Positions 1 to 9,960 of a stretch of DNA of 64,000 nt are shown in pieces. Positions within the stretch are counted from its first letter, which is position 1; each line of letters starts with the position of its first letter. A program made the position numbers and the translations under genes. Where the stretch lies: the IMG/VR virus record IMGVR_UViG_3300020196_000003; one strand, given 5' to 3'. The notes beneath the pieces were generated by a model. It saw only the letters and a list, made by a program, of their open reading frames with translations, ran no database searches and had not been told where the DNA came from. Source of the stretch: a virus.

Positions 1-2
1 CA

Positions 3-113
3 AGTAATTTGGCATTAAATTGGACTGTAGATAGTTATATTATATTGGCGGGTGATGTTGATAACGCATCAGATATATTAAATTGTCAATGGATAAGAAT
101 TACAAATGGCTAA
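3..113 (+). CDS. 3' end of a hypothetical protein, tandem paralog of 106..621 (partial)
   Basis: Frame 3 reads SNLALNWTVDSYIILAGDVDNASDILNCQWIRITNG*, matching the C-terminus of the next ORF (TTNWTTDQYLIVSGSVVSTSDTLSCQWIKASNG*). Its stop overlaps the next start (ATGGCTAA). Confidence 0.75.
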   Translation, partial: SNLALNWTVDSYIILAGDVDNASDILNCQWIRITNG

Positions 114-621
114 AATAATCGGGTATAATGTTGGTGTTAAATATAAAGTTGTAACCACTACAACACCTGCGGGTAGTGTAAACTCAATTTCTAATACTTT
201 AATTAATTCATTGTTAATTCCTGCAAATACATTTTCTTCAGGAGACATTGTTACGATAGAAACTTGTTTAACAAAAAGTGCAACTAATAATACTTTTAGT
301 TTTTATTTTTATGTTAATACATCCGCAACACTTGTTGGTGCGACTTTAGTTGCAACAAACACATCAGTTGCAAGTAATGTAAGAGCGGCTCAACTTTATC
401 GTAGACTTGCAGTCGATGTTGCTTCGGGTAGTGGTAATGGCACAATAATAATAAACACATCAATAGCTGCGAGAGATGATATAGGTGTCACAAATTATAC
501 TACAGGGTTTTCTACTTTAACAACTAATTGGACTACTGACCAATATTTAATTGTTTCAGGTTCTGTTGTTAGTACATCAGACACACTTAGTTGTCAGTGG
601 ATAAAGGCTTCGAACGGTTAA
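106..621 (+). CDS. Ser/Thr-rich beta-strand protein, putative virion/fibre component
   Basis: 171-aa ORF, very S/T/N-rich, paralog of the upstream ORF. Function inferred from composition only. Confidence 0.55.
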   Translation: MAKIIGYNVGVKYKVVTTTTPAGSVNSISNTLINSLLIPANTFSSGDIVTIETCLTKSATNNTFSFYFYVNTSATLVGATLVATNTSVASNVRAAQLYRRLAVDVASGSGNGTIIINTSIAARDDIGVTNYTTGFSTLTTNWTTDQYLIVSGSVVSTSDTLSCQWIKASNG

Positions 622-3567
622 CTATCTATTATCTATGTAAATTATTACTTCATTATAATATTCAATGAAGTGTTCGTTCCATAAATCCCATTTTATGTCA
701 ATACCATCAACAGAGAAAACTTGGTAATTTGGAAAATTTTTAAGGTAAGTGTTTCTAAATTTTCTAAAGTTTTCTTTACTTCCTTCATAATAATTTTCAT
801 TTAAGTGCCACTCTCCTACAATTTTTTTTACATTATTTTTAATAAACTCATAATTATCATCCGTAAAAATATCGTATTCACCACCCTCACAATCGGTTTT
901 TAAAAAATCAATTTTATCTATATTGTATAAGTTCAAAAATTTTGCAAAAGTAATACTTTCCATTTCATTTTGTGTACCCTTTACTGAGTTGAAAAGTCTG
1001 TCGTTTTTGGTAAGACAATCACTGTTCGATATTCCTTTCATGATATGTGTCACAGGGTTTCCTATTGTATTTTTTACAAGTGTTGGAAAAAGTTCTTTAC
1101 AAGGTTCGAAACAAAAAATGTGTTTTGGTTTTTTATGTAATATTGAATAAGTAAATGGCCCTAAACTTGCACCAATATCCAAAACAATGTCACCCTCCTC
1201 AACCTCGAAAAATTTTTCATATATTTTATGTTCAAAAATTTCCTTTTTTATCGTCTCACTACACCACTCGTTATTAGTTCCCCAATCAAATAAGACCTCA
1301 TGTACATGATGTGTATTTTCTTCTTTATTTATAATCTTATCTATTTCTTTTATCACCATTTCAGATGTTATTTGTTTTGAACATTCAAACATTTTTTCAC
1401 TTCCTTTATGTAAAGGACACCAATTCCAATCACCGGCATCTAACCTGTCCCAATTAAAACATCCATGACATACATCTTCATTTATGACTCTATATGTATC
1501 CAAAGTTGTTTCTGTCCATTTTTTACTAAATCCCGAAATAAGAACTATTGGTAACTTACAAGCCCAAGCCAACCATGAAAGGCCTGAACCGAGACCTACA
1601 AAAAATTCACATGTTGAAAGTTCATTTATTACTTCTTGTAAATCACCCCCATTGTATATTTTAACACCTTTTGGATAATAGTTACCCATATAACCATTTC
1701 CTTCTTTTGAATAAATTACACATTCATATCCAAGTGAATTCAAATAATCAACAACTTCTTGCCAACCATTTTTGTTATTCCAATATTTTGCTTGAGCTGT
1801 TGAGTGAAAACCAATACCTGCTTTTTTCTTTTTTGAAACCTCAGGAAGATTAAGTTTTGGTCTTATTTCATTATAGTCTAATCCAAGAATATCAGTTGCA
1901 GTTTTTTGTAGTGGTTGAAGTTTAAAATCATTTGGATGTCTATTTTGATTAAACTTACCACTTTCATTATAGTACCATCCAAGTTGATATTGTGCAAAGA
2001 TATTATAAACAATAACCCCTGGCTCAACAAACTCTATTTCAGGGTATTGGTCAACAAACAAACTATTTAAAAAAGTTGATACAATGAGTTTGCAATTATG
2101 TTTTTTTCTAAATTCTTCGCAGTAAGGCATCCAAGCCAAAGTGTCCCCTAATGACTTTGAGCCAAACGATATATATACTCTTTTATTTTCTAAATTTAAT
2201 ATATCTGAAAAAACAACATTTCCATTTTCTTTAATTTCAGTTTTCCATGCTGTAAAATATTCTCTATTAAGTTTGACCCAAGAATTCATATCAATATTGT
2301 TGTTATAAATTATATTATTTTTTTCATCATAAAATGCAACTTCAAATTTTGAATTGCCGTCACCTACTATTTCAAGATAAGGGTTTACAACAAAATGTTG
2401 GTTTATTTTATAATCCTTATCAATCTTTTTGTTTTCAACAAAATCACAATTTTGTACTTTGTTATAAAACTTAAATAACTGATTTCCAAAACTTTCTTCT
2501 TCTTTGATAATGTAAGTTTTTTTGTCCTCGATTAATTGAATTAATTTTTTTGAAATATCTTCGAAGTTATTTGAATCAATTGGAGTAATGTAGTCATCAA
2601 ACATTCCCATGTATTGAGGTAAATTTCTTGTTAAAATTTTAAGACCATAACTTATGGACTCACGAACCACAAGAGGATTACACTCAACTAATGAATTAAA
2701 CATTAAAACATCTGATGCAATCATAAAGGATTCAACATCATTTCTTTCACCCCAAATGGTTACGTTAGATGGTAAGTTTTCCATGAGTGGACCCCAATAG
2801 TATTCAAAATTTTCGGCCTGATTTCCAACAAAATGGAATTGAATGTTTGGATGAGTTTTTTCTAAAATACGAGCAATTTCAATACCTTCTTTTTGATTTT
2901 TTCCTTCTGTCCATAACCCAACATTAAGAACATGGGTTTTTGTTAAATCTAAACCTAATTGTTCTCTTCGATTAATTTTTTCAATCAACGGAACTTTATG
3001 TTCTGTTTTTGAAATTGTGTTTTTGTGGTATAAATAACTCACCTTATCCTCCAATGGATATGTAATGACTTCTTTAGGTGATTGTTTTTTATTATAAAGA
3101 TTTTCTAAATGATATGGCGTTACAAAACAATAATAATCTGGTTCAAAATTTTTATTGTTATTTGCATTGTACCAAATATTATGACAAGACTCAACAATTT
3201 TATAAGACCTATTGTTATTATAAATCTCGTTTAAAATATTAAGAGGTATTTTGTTAAAACTTTCAAAACCTTCAGGTACTTCTTCGAAATGAACAATATC
3301 TATATTGTTATTTTTTATTATATCAAATAACTCTATTTTTTTTTCTTTTTCTGTAAAAGAACCAAGAGAAATGAAATGATTATTTCCTAACAAATCTATA
3401 ATTTTATTTCTTTGTACCAAATAAATTGTGCTAAACTGCGAATATTCAACCAAATATACTTCAATTTCATTTTTGAATTTTTGCAAAGATTCAATTCTTT
3501 TTAATACAAATTGTGGCATCCCTCCTGTTGAAAGGTGAGGAACCACATACATCAACTTTAATTTCAT
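622..3567 (-). CDS. Fusion: GT4-type glycosyltransferase + autotransporter O-heptosyltransferase (TibC/Aah-like) + FkbM methyltransferase
   Basis: N-term GT-B motifs (PHLSTGG, KNQ, ECNPLVVRES). Middle SLGDTLAW...GLGSGLSWLAWA...CHGC-x13-WCP-x9-ECS, the four-Cys iron-finger pattern of TibC/Aah. C-term VLDIGASLG...FLKTDCEGGEYDI...VGEWH of FkbM. Confidence 0.8.
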   Translation of the reverse strand: MKLKLMYVVPHLSTGGMPQFVLKRIESLQKFKNEIEVYLVEYSQFSTIYLVQRNKIIDLLGNNHFISLGSFTEKEKKIELFDIIKNNNIDIVHFEEVPEGFESFNKIPLNILNEIYNNNRSYKIVESCHNIWYNANNNKNFEPDYYCFVTPYHLENLYNKKQSPKEVITYPLEDKVSYLYHKNTISKTEHKVPLIEKINRREQLGLDLTKTHVLNVGLWTEGKNQKEGIEIARILEKTHPNIQFHFVGNQAENFEYYWGPLMENLPSNVTIWGERNDVESFMIASDVLMFNSLVECNPLVVRESISYGLKILTRNLPQYMGMFDDYITPIDSNNFEDISKKLIQLIEDKKTYIIKEEESFGNQLFKFYNKVQNCDFVENKKIDKDYKINQHFVVNPYLEIVGDGNSKFEVAFYDEKNNIIYNNNIDMNSWVKLNREYFTAWKTEIKENGNVVFSDILNLENKRVYISFGSKSLGDTLAWMPYCEEFRKKHNCKLIVSTFLNSLFVDQYPEIEFVEPGVIVYNIFAQYQLGWYYNESGKFNQNRHPNDFKLQPLQKTATDILGLDYNEIRPKLNLPEVSKKKKAGIGFHSTAQAKYWNNKNGWQEVVDYLNSLGYECVIYSKEGNGYMGNYYPKGVKIYNGGDLQEVINELSTCEFFVGLGSGLSWLAWACKLPIVLISGFSKKWTETTLDTYRVINEDVCHGCFNWDRLDAGDWNWCPLHKGSEKMFECSKQITSEMVIKEIDKIINKEENTHHVHEVLFDWGTNNEWCSETIKKEIFEHKIYEKFFEVEEGDIVLDIGASLGPFTYSILHKKPKHIFCFEPCKELFPTLVKNTIGNPVTHIMKGISNSDCLTKNDRLFNSVKGTQNEMESITFAKFLNLYNIDKIDFLKTDCEGGEYDIFTDDNYEFIKNNVKKIVGEWHLNENYYEGSKENFRKFRNTYLKNFPNYQVFSVDGIDIKWDLWNEHFIEYYNEVIIYIDNR

Positions 3568-3620
3568 AATTTGAAAATAATTTATTCATATTATTTGTGA
3601 AGTTTCTTACATTTTAAGTG

Positions 3621-4607
3621 ATGAAAAAAGTTTGTTTGGATTTATCTCAATCAAGAGCTCTTGGTGATACATTATGTTCAACACCAACGATTAGAAAATT
3701 ATATAATTCTTATAATCAAAAAATTTCCATTATAACTCACCACAAAGAAATTTTTAAAAACAATCCATATGTTGATGTTATTTTCGATGTTGATGTGGAA
3801 AATCTAACAGATGAGTATGAAATTTTTAATTCCTTTGATGTTTTTTATAAACCAAATGGTGTTTGTAATAAACATAATGTTATGGATATACGACAATTTC
3901 ATGCAATTAATCTTGGGTTCATGTTAACAAAAAATGAAATGACCTTAGATTATATTCCATCACAAACTTCAATTATGAAAGAAATTCCAAGAAAATATGT
4001 TTTAATTCATCCCGTACAGAATTGGAATTCAAGAACTTGGTCAATTGATAATTGGAGGGTACTAACAAAATTATTAAACGAGCAAAATATAAATGTGGTT
4101 TCAATTGGAAAAAATTCATCTGAGTTTGGAGGTTCAAATGTGGAAAAACATGTTTTTGATTTTGATATTGATTTGGGGGTTAATTTAATGAACAAAACAA
4201 CTTTAGATGAAACATGGAACTTGATTGAATATTCATTGTGTTTTGTTACAATGGACTCAGGACTTTTACATTTGGCAGGAACAACCGATGCTCAAATAAT
4301 TCAACTTGGAAGTTCAATAAACTATGAATTTAGAGCTCCTTATAGAAATGGTTCACAAGATTACAAATATTCTTACGTTGGTGGTGGTTGTAATTTGGCA
4401 TGTGCTTCTGATATGAAACATGGGGTAAAAGAATGGGGGTCAATTCAAGGGATACCCCCACTTGTTAATTGTTTAGAAAATAAAAAATCATTTGAATGTC
4501 ATCCTACGGTATTACAGGTATATAGAAAAATAATGGAATTACTGCAGTCTGTATTTATAATATATGGCAACATTCAAGACATGAATTTTTTTCAAGTCAA
4601 AGTTTAA
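3621..4607 (+). CDS. GT9-family (heptosyltransferase-like) glycosyltransferase with C-terminal Cys cluster
   Basis: ALGDTLCSTP, RTW, VTMDSGLLHLAG motifs typical of GT9; C-terminal CNLAC...C...ECHP. Confidence 0.75.
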   Translation: MKKVCLDLSQSRALGDTLCSTPTIRKLYNSYNQKISIITHHKEIFKNNPYVDVIFDVDVENLTDEYEIFNSFDVFYKPNGVCNKHNVMDIRQFHAINLGFMLTKNEMTLDYIPSQTSIMKEIPRKYVLIHPVQNWNSRTWSIDNWRVLTKLLNEQNINVVSIGKNSSEFGGSNVEKHVFDFDIDLGVNLMNKTTLDETWNLIEYSLCFVTMDSGLLHLAGTTDAQIIQLGSSINYEFRAPYRNGSQDYKYSYVGGGCNLACASDMKHGVKEWGSIQGIPPLVNCLENKKSFECHPTVLQVYRKIMELLQSVFIIYGNIQDMNFFQVKV

Positions 4608-5178
4608 TTTTTCTTTGGTTTGAATTTTTTTAAGTATTGATGGTTTTTTGTTTTCAATTGGGTATTGAAGAACTTTTTTATAAACTTTTTCTAATTCGAA
4701 CGTTTTTAAATGATATGGAGTTACAAACAAATATGAGTCAGGACGAAATTTTCTGTTTTTTGGATCAAACCAAATGTTATGACATGTCTCAACAATCTTC
4801 CAAGTTCTTTTGTTATCATATAACTCGGTAAGAATACTAATTGGAATTTGATTGAAACTTTCAAACCCTTCAGAAATTTCTTCAATGTGAACAATATCAA
4901 TTTGATTTTTTTTTATGATATCAACTAACTTATTTTTTTTTTTCGATATGGTTTGGTGTTCCCAAAGAATAAAAATTATCTTCACCGATTAGGTCTATTA
5001 TTTTATTTCTTTGGACAACATATTGATTACCAAAATAAGAATATTCAACAACGTTTACTTTAAAATTATTATATAAAGATTGAATTCTTTTCAATGCAAA
5101 TTGGGGCATCCCACCTGTTGATAAGTGAGGAACAACGTATAATATATTAATTTTTATCGATAGAAAATTTTGTTTCAT
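4539..5178 (-). pseudogene. Frameshifted and truncated paralog of the GT4 domain of 622..3567
   Basis: ORFs 4930..5178 and 4539..4985 align consecutively with the N-terminus of the 981-aa protein (YVVPHLSTGGMPQF; IVHIEEISEGFESFN; HVLNV). Frameshift at T11 (4933-4943); homology stops at HVLNV. Confidence 0.75.
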
Positions 5179-5271
5179 TTAACTTAATAATAAAAAACAT
5201 TTAAAAAAAATCATTTATTTATTATTAATTTCGAACTATTTGAAATTAAAATCGATCTTTTACTTAAAAAA

Positions 5272-5694
5272 TTATTGTGTAATACACGGATTCCAACTTG
5301 GTGTTGGTGTTGGACTGTTGCTCACGGTAGGGGTTGGAGTTGGGGTTGATGTTGTGGTTGGTGTTAATGTTGGAACTTTACAAGGATCGATAGATGGTGT
5401 TGGTGTTATCGTTGAAGTTGGAGTTGGTGTGGGGGTTTTTGTTGGAGTAATAGTCGGAGTTGGTGTAGGAGTCGGTCTAACAACATCTAAAAAATAAGGA
5501 CAATTAGAAAAAACAGGTTTGATAGTATATGATCCATATATTTCTCTTGGTGGATATAATAAATGAGGTTCAAATAAGAATGGTAATGTTATTTCGTGTA
5601 AATTAATGACAACATCATCATTGTCTGGTTTGAATAACACTTCTGCTAATTCACCATCATAAAAAACACTTCGAATTATTATATTTTGACTCAT
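5272..5694 (-). CDS. Pro/Thr-repeat (mucin-like) putative virion protein
   Basis: 140 aa with long (PT)n tracts; starts immediately after the stop of 5695..7881 (TAGATG). Confidence 0.65.
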   Translation of the reverse strand: MSQNIIIRSVFYDGELAEVLFKPDNDDVVINLHEITLPFLFEPHLLYPPREIYGSYTIKPVFSNCPYFLDVVRPTPTPTPTITPTKTPTPTPTSTITPTPSIDPCKVPTLTPTTTSTPTPTPTVSNSPTPTPSWNPCITQ

Positions 5695-7881
5695 CTATGT
5701 ATTAATTATTGTGTATGTAAAATCATTAGGGAAACATGATGATGTGTCACATACAGGACAATCGGGGTCGAACATGCTAAACTTATCTTTTAATATTTTA
5801 AAATTGTGTTTCACCTCAGGACTAGAAATAGGTTGAGTATAAAATCTAAATTGAGAAATTGCACCGTCTAAAGTTCCTGCAAAATTTTCTTCCAATAAAA
5901 TGTGTGTTTTCAATTTATTTAAAGTTGTTGCACTCAATATGTTTTCAGGAAAACATTCGGGATCTTGAATATAATACCCTTCTGACGTATCGGTACAAGA
6001 AGATAAGGTAAGATTTTCATGAAGTCCTTGAGTTCCCCCACCCCAAGACATATTGAACGGAACGGCCACTTGTCTTTCTTTGTCGGTGTCTAAAGCCCTC
6101 GGAATTACTTCTTCAAAATTTTCGATAGTATAAAATATTCTTCCATTGATATAGATTTTTAATCTACCCAACCTAAATTTAGTTTCATCTAACCAAATTC
6201 GATTTAGTTGGACTATCTTTACTTGTTGTGGGATTTCATATCCATTTGTGTAAGGAGGTTGGATTAAGGATACTGTGTTATTTGCCAAACTTTGTAAAAA
6301 CTCTACTCTTGTTATTTGATCTAATCCACCAAACCATCTGAGGTCACAAAAATCTATAAAAGTATAACGTTCGAAAACAACATCCAATAAGAACCAATGC
6401 TCTAAGTTTAACCAAGCTGGATTTACTTCTAAACAATAAGGATAAATTGGTGGCGTACAAATATCTTGTATTGTATATCCAGTGACATAAGTTTGACCTG
6501 TTACACATGTTCCAGTAGTTTGACATTCTCCTGTAATTTTCAAAACTCGAATTCCAATACCAGGATTTTTTGGGTCGCCACACAAACGGATAGAAAAATT
6601 ATTTGACAAAGCGTCAAATTTTGGATCTTTTTCACAAGTATCCTCTATTGATTTAAAGACATTGGAAGGTTCAGTTGGCGGACATCCACAAGTATCACAA
6701 CCACAACTTGGACATGCCGTACAACAAGGTTTTGTTGGGCATGGTATCACATCAGAATATGTATCACATGATGGAGTTGGTGATGGAGTAGGTGTTGGTG
6801 TTGGTGTCGGGACAATTATTGTTTCACACTTATGTTCGAAACACATCCATCCACAGGTTTTACAGGGGTCCAAATCACAACCGCATCCACATGTCAGTTT
6901 TGTTTCATAATTCCCATTACATAAGTTACATCCGTAATTCACATGAGGATCGTATTCACCACCAATTGGTCTCGGCGGATATACGTAAATACATCTACTA
7001 TTTTTGATATCATAATTACAACAAGCACAAGTTTCGAAACAATTAGTTAAACCACTTGTAACTCTCGTATAATTTGAGTCGCATTTTGGTGAACCATCGG
7101 CATAATGATAAAATTTATTTTCTGCTCTTGTTCCCAAATAGAATAACGTATTTTTGTTTTTTGGATAAATTTCATTCAAAGTTGTATATCCAACAGGTGG
7201 GTTGTATTCATTAAAAAATCTTGGTTTTAACAAAACTTCAACTGACCATCCTTTATTGAATCGTTCAGGTAATATTTCATAGTCATAACCAAATAATTTA
7301 TAAAAACCTTGATAAAATCCACCATATAGTTCAATGTATCTCCCAACTTGGGGACTATACTTAGAAACCATTTCGTAAGAAGTGTAGTAAGTAACACCTG
7401 AAAATTTATTGTTCTTTGGTACATTTGTTGTTGTTTGAATAAGTTTCATTCTTCGGTCATAAAACATTCTATTAAATTTTACTTCATCACTAAAAAGTCC
7501 GTTTGTAAAATTTAATAATTCACCTTCAATTAAATTTACCAATCCGTTATCAACTCCCGTTAATCCAATATCACAAGTTGTTCCAGCGGTGAAACATTCA
7601 ATTCTTAAATCCTCGGGTTGATAAAAAGTTTCAGATATAACAACATTTTCAAAATTGTAGGACCCATAGTTTAATGTTAAATTTAAGGAAGATAGAGGGC
7701 TATTCAAATCAATATTAATGGGTAATTTTTTACCGTCATTAACACCTATTATATATGGTGAAAAAATAACTTCTTGATTGAAGTCGACCTCATCGGAAGC
7801 TAAAGACATATCTTGTCCATCATAAAGGACTTGTAATTTTAACTTTGGGTAAATATATTGATTTATATTTTGATAAGACAT
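5695..7881 (-). CDS. Cys-rich, PT-linker putative virion protein with possible LamG/ConA-like C-terminus
   Basis: 728 aa with dense Cys clusters, a PTPTPTPTPSPTP linker and a LKIYING...GAISQFRFYTQPISSPEV LamG-like ending; preceded by the TATTTAT motif. Confidence 0.6.
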   Translation of the reverse strand: MSYQNINQYIYPKLKLQVLYDGQDMSLASDEVDFNQEVIFSPYIIGVNDGKKLPINIDLNSPLSSLNLTLNYGSYNFENVVISETFYQPEDLRIECFTAGTTCDIGLTGVDNGLVNLIEGELLNFTNGLFSDEVKFNRMFYDRRMKLIQTTTNVPKNNKFSGVTYYTSYEMVSKYSPQVGRYIELYGGFYQGFYKLFGYDYEILPERFNKGWSVEVLLKPRFFNEYNPPVGYTTLNEIYPKNKNTLFYLGTRAENKFYHYADGSPKCDSNYTRVTSGLTNCFETCACCNYDIKNSRCIYVYPPRPIGGEYDPHVNYGCNLCNGNYETKLTCGCGCDLDPCKTCGWMCFEHKCETIIVPTPTPTPTPSPTPSCDTYSDVIPCPTKPCCTACPSCGCDTCGCPPTEPSNVFKSIEDTCEKDPKFDALSNNFSIRLCGDPKNPGIGIRVLKITGECQTTGTCVTGQTYVTGYTIQDICTPPIYPYCLEVNPAWLNLEHWFLLDVVFERYTFIDFCDLRWFGGLDQITRVEFLQSLANNTVSLIQPPYTNGYEIPQQVKIVQLNRIWLDETKFRLGRLKIYINGRIFYTIENFEEVIPRALDTDKERQVAVPFNMSWGGGTQGLHENLTLSSCTDTSEGYYIQDPECFPENILSATTLNKLKTHILLEENFAGTLDGAISQFRFYTQPISSPEVKHNFKILKDKFSMFDPDCPVCDTSSCFPNDFTYTIINT

Positions 7882-7934
7882 GCGTTTTTCTTATAAATAC
7901 AACAATTGAAAGTATTTATTGTAAAAAATATAAC

Positions 7935-8825
7935 ATGATTAAGTTGAACAAAGAGTATTTTCGAAAACCATATTATTTCTATTTGAAAGATAAAGGTGAT
8001 AAAATCTTAGTATACTTTTCTGTGTCAGATACTTTGAGTGAATCTAGACAAAATGATCAGTTTATTGAAATAGATAAGTCAGTATTTGAGGAAATACAAA
8101 ATATTATTACCAAAATATTGAAGTCAAACAAAAAATTAACCAAACAACAAGTTCATAAATTAATTGATTCTCAATCAAAAAAACAAACTACACCCAAAGA
8201 ATTGGATGAGTTGGTCAATCCCGATGGATCAATGATTAGTTCAAACATTCCGATTTTAAATCAAAGAAATTTGGCCAAAAAAACGATGGACCAAACTGTG
8301 AGAATGACAAAATCTAATCAATTTCCTTTCATCAGAGTTTATTATGGTGAGAGTGAAGAAAACAAAGGTAATATTTTAGATGAAGTTGATCAATCAGAAT
8401 CATTTGGGTTTGAAGAAACTGAGTTTGCAAAAAACTACAATCAAGCAAATAAAATTATGATAAACACATTAAAAGTTAAAGACAACATCCAAAGAGACAA
8501 AAGATTAAAAAGATTAGGTTTCGATAAAAAATTGGATAAAGAACTTCAGCAAGACAAAAAACGAGGAAAGTGTAAAAATTGTTTTACAAAAAGAAGATTA
8601 TCAGAATTAGAAAAAGAAAAAATGGAAATTTTAATTGACGAAATTCTTTTATCAAAAAAAACAAAACATTCCGATGTTGTTAAAAATAAAACAAGTGAAA
8701 TCGACACATCAAAACCTATTTCGAAAATATTGATGAGAAACATCGAAGCGATTAAAAAAATTGCAGAAAAGGAAAATATAAGTGTTGACAGTTTAGTTAA
8801 ACATTTAAAAAAAAGTGAACAGTAA
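7935..8825 (+). CDS. Hypothetical phage protein
   Basis: Long ORF; ATG at 7935 follows the TATTTAT motif (7913-7919). Confidence 0.7.
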   Translation: MIKLNKEYFRKPYYFYLKDKGDKILVYFSVSDTLSESRQNDQFIEIDKSVFEEIQNIITKILKSNKKLTKQQVHKLIDSQSKKQTTPKELDELVNPDGSMISSNIPILNQRNLAKKTMDQTVRMTKSNQFPFIRVYYGESEENKGNILDEVDQSESFGFEETEFAKNYNQANKIMINTLKVKDNIQRDKRLKRLGFDKKLDKELQQDKKRGKCKNCFTKRRLSELEKEKMEILIDEILLSKKTKHSDVVKNKTSEIDTSKPISKILMRNIEAIKKIAEKENISVDSLVKHLKKSEQ

Positions 8826-9285
8826 TTTATACAATAAAACAATTCAACTACCGGATAAGGTTGTAGAGTACTTACAAATTTGTTTTGATCATATACCAAA
8901 TTCAGATCCTTCAATCGAAGGACACAAAAGGAATGAAGAATTAAGAAATAGTGGGTATGCAACTTATCAACAGCTTGGTAGAATAAAAAATTGGTTCGAT
9001 AATTACAATGGTGATAAGACTGACGCCCCATTTATTTTGAATGGCGCGGACTATATGAAAAATTGGGTAAATACCACTTTAGAAGATTTAAGAAATCATG
9101 AAGATGCTTCCGAATTTATTCAACAAGAATTTATGCCAAATTCGACAGATGACTTAACATTAAAAAATTTGGGACCCCTTGGCGATATGATAAGTCCTTC
9201 AAAAGAACATTCAAGATTCGTTCAAGACATCTCAATAAAAGAAGACCTTGATAGGATAAACAATTTAATAAAAAAAATAATTTAA
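8815..9285 (+). CDS. Hypothetical phage protein
   Basis: 156-aa ORF in a tightly packed operon. Confidence 0.7.
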   Translation: MNSNLYNKTIQLPDKVVEYLQICFDHIPNSDPSIEGHKRNEELRNSGYATYQQLGRIKNWFDNYNGDKTDAPFILNGADYMKNWVNTTLEDLRNHEDASEFIQQEFMPNSTDDLTLKNLGPLGDMISPSKEHSRFVQDISIKEDLDRINNLIKKII

Positions 9286-9286
9286 A

Positions 9287-9571
9287 ATGCAAACAGAAAG
9301 ATTAGATTTTAGCCAACCACCAAATGACTTAACGGCAATTGCCGATCTTCAAAGAAAAAGTTTGATTGTAAAAAATGATTACAAAACAGATAACCCTTAT
9401 TCTGCGGTAAATCCTGACGCCCTTTCCGATGGAGATGAATCAGGTAAAGGTACAGGAATTTTCTTAGATACGGTCAATGGAGGTTCTTCTATTGATATTA
9501 TCGAAAGAAAAAATGAAATTAAAATAAACGAATATCAACCAGACAAACCCTACACTACTCCATCGGCTTAA
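9287..9571 (+). CDS. Hypothetical phage protein
   Basis: 94-aa ORF; stop overlaps the next start (TAATG). Confidence 0.7.
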   Translation: MQTERLDFSQPPNDLTAIADLQRKSLIVKNDYKTDNPYSAVNPDALSDGDESGKGTGIFLDTVNGGSSIDIIERKNEIKINEYQPDKPYTTPSA

Positions 9572-9951
9572 TGAAACTTTACAAAACATTAAATAATCTT
9601 ATTTTAGAAATAGCATCAAAAAATCAAATTGTTGACGCTATTAAAAATAAACAAGTGTGCGTAATTTATTATAACGGTGATGAACCAGGTGGAAAAGGTC
9701 TAAGAGTTATTGAACCTGTTGCATTTGGATTGAGTAAAAAAGGAAACCCCGTGTTAAGAGCTTGGGATAGAGAAGGAGCTTCTCACAGAGGTTATTTGGG
9801 TAAAAAACCATTACCAAGTTGGAGGTTTTTCAGGGTTGATAAAATGGAATTTATTAGACCAACTCAAGAAACTTTCGATACTCCAAGACCTAATTACAAT
9901 TCATCAGGAGATAAAAGTATGTCGAGACTAATTATAAACGCGGTATTTTAA
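9571..9951 (+). CDS. Stand-alone WYL-domain protein
   Basis: IYY...RVIEPVAFG...VLRAWD...WRFFRVDKM pattern of WYL domains. Confidence 0.75.
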   Translation: MKLYKTLNNLILEIASKNQIVDAIKNKQVCVIYYNGDEPGGKGLRVIEPVAFGLSKKGNPVLRAWDREGASHRGYLGKKPLPSWRFFRVDKMEFIRPTQETFDTPRPNYNSSGDKSMSRLIINAVF

Positions 9952-9960
9952 TCGAAAAAT

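Noticed and set aside
5240-6910. Plus-strand Gly/Val-rich ORFs (5240..5497, 6662..6910; also 48411..48617)
   Set aside because: Antisense shadows of Pro/Thr repeats on the minus strand.
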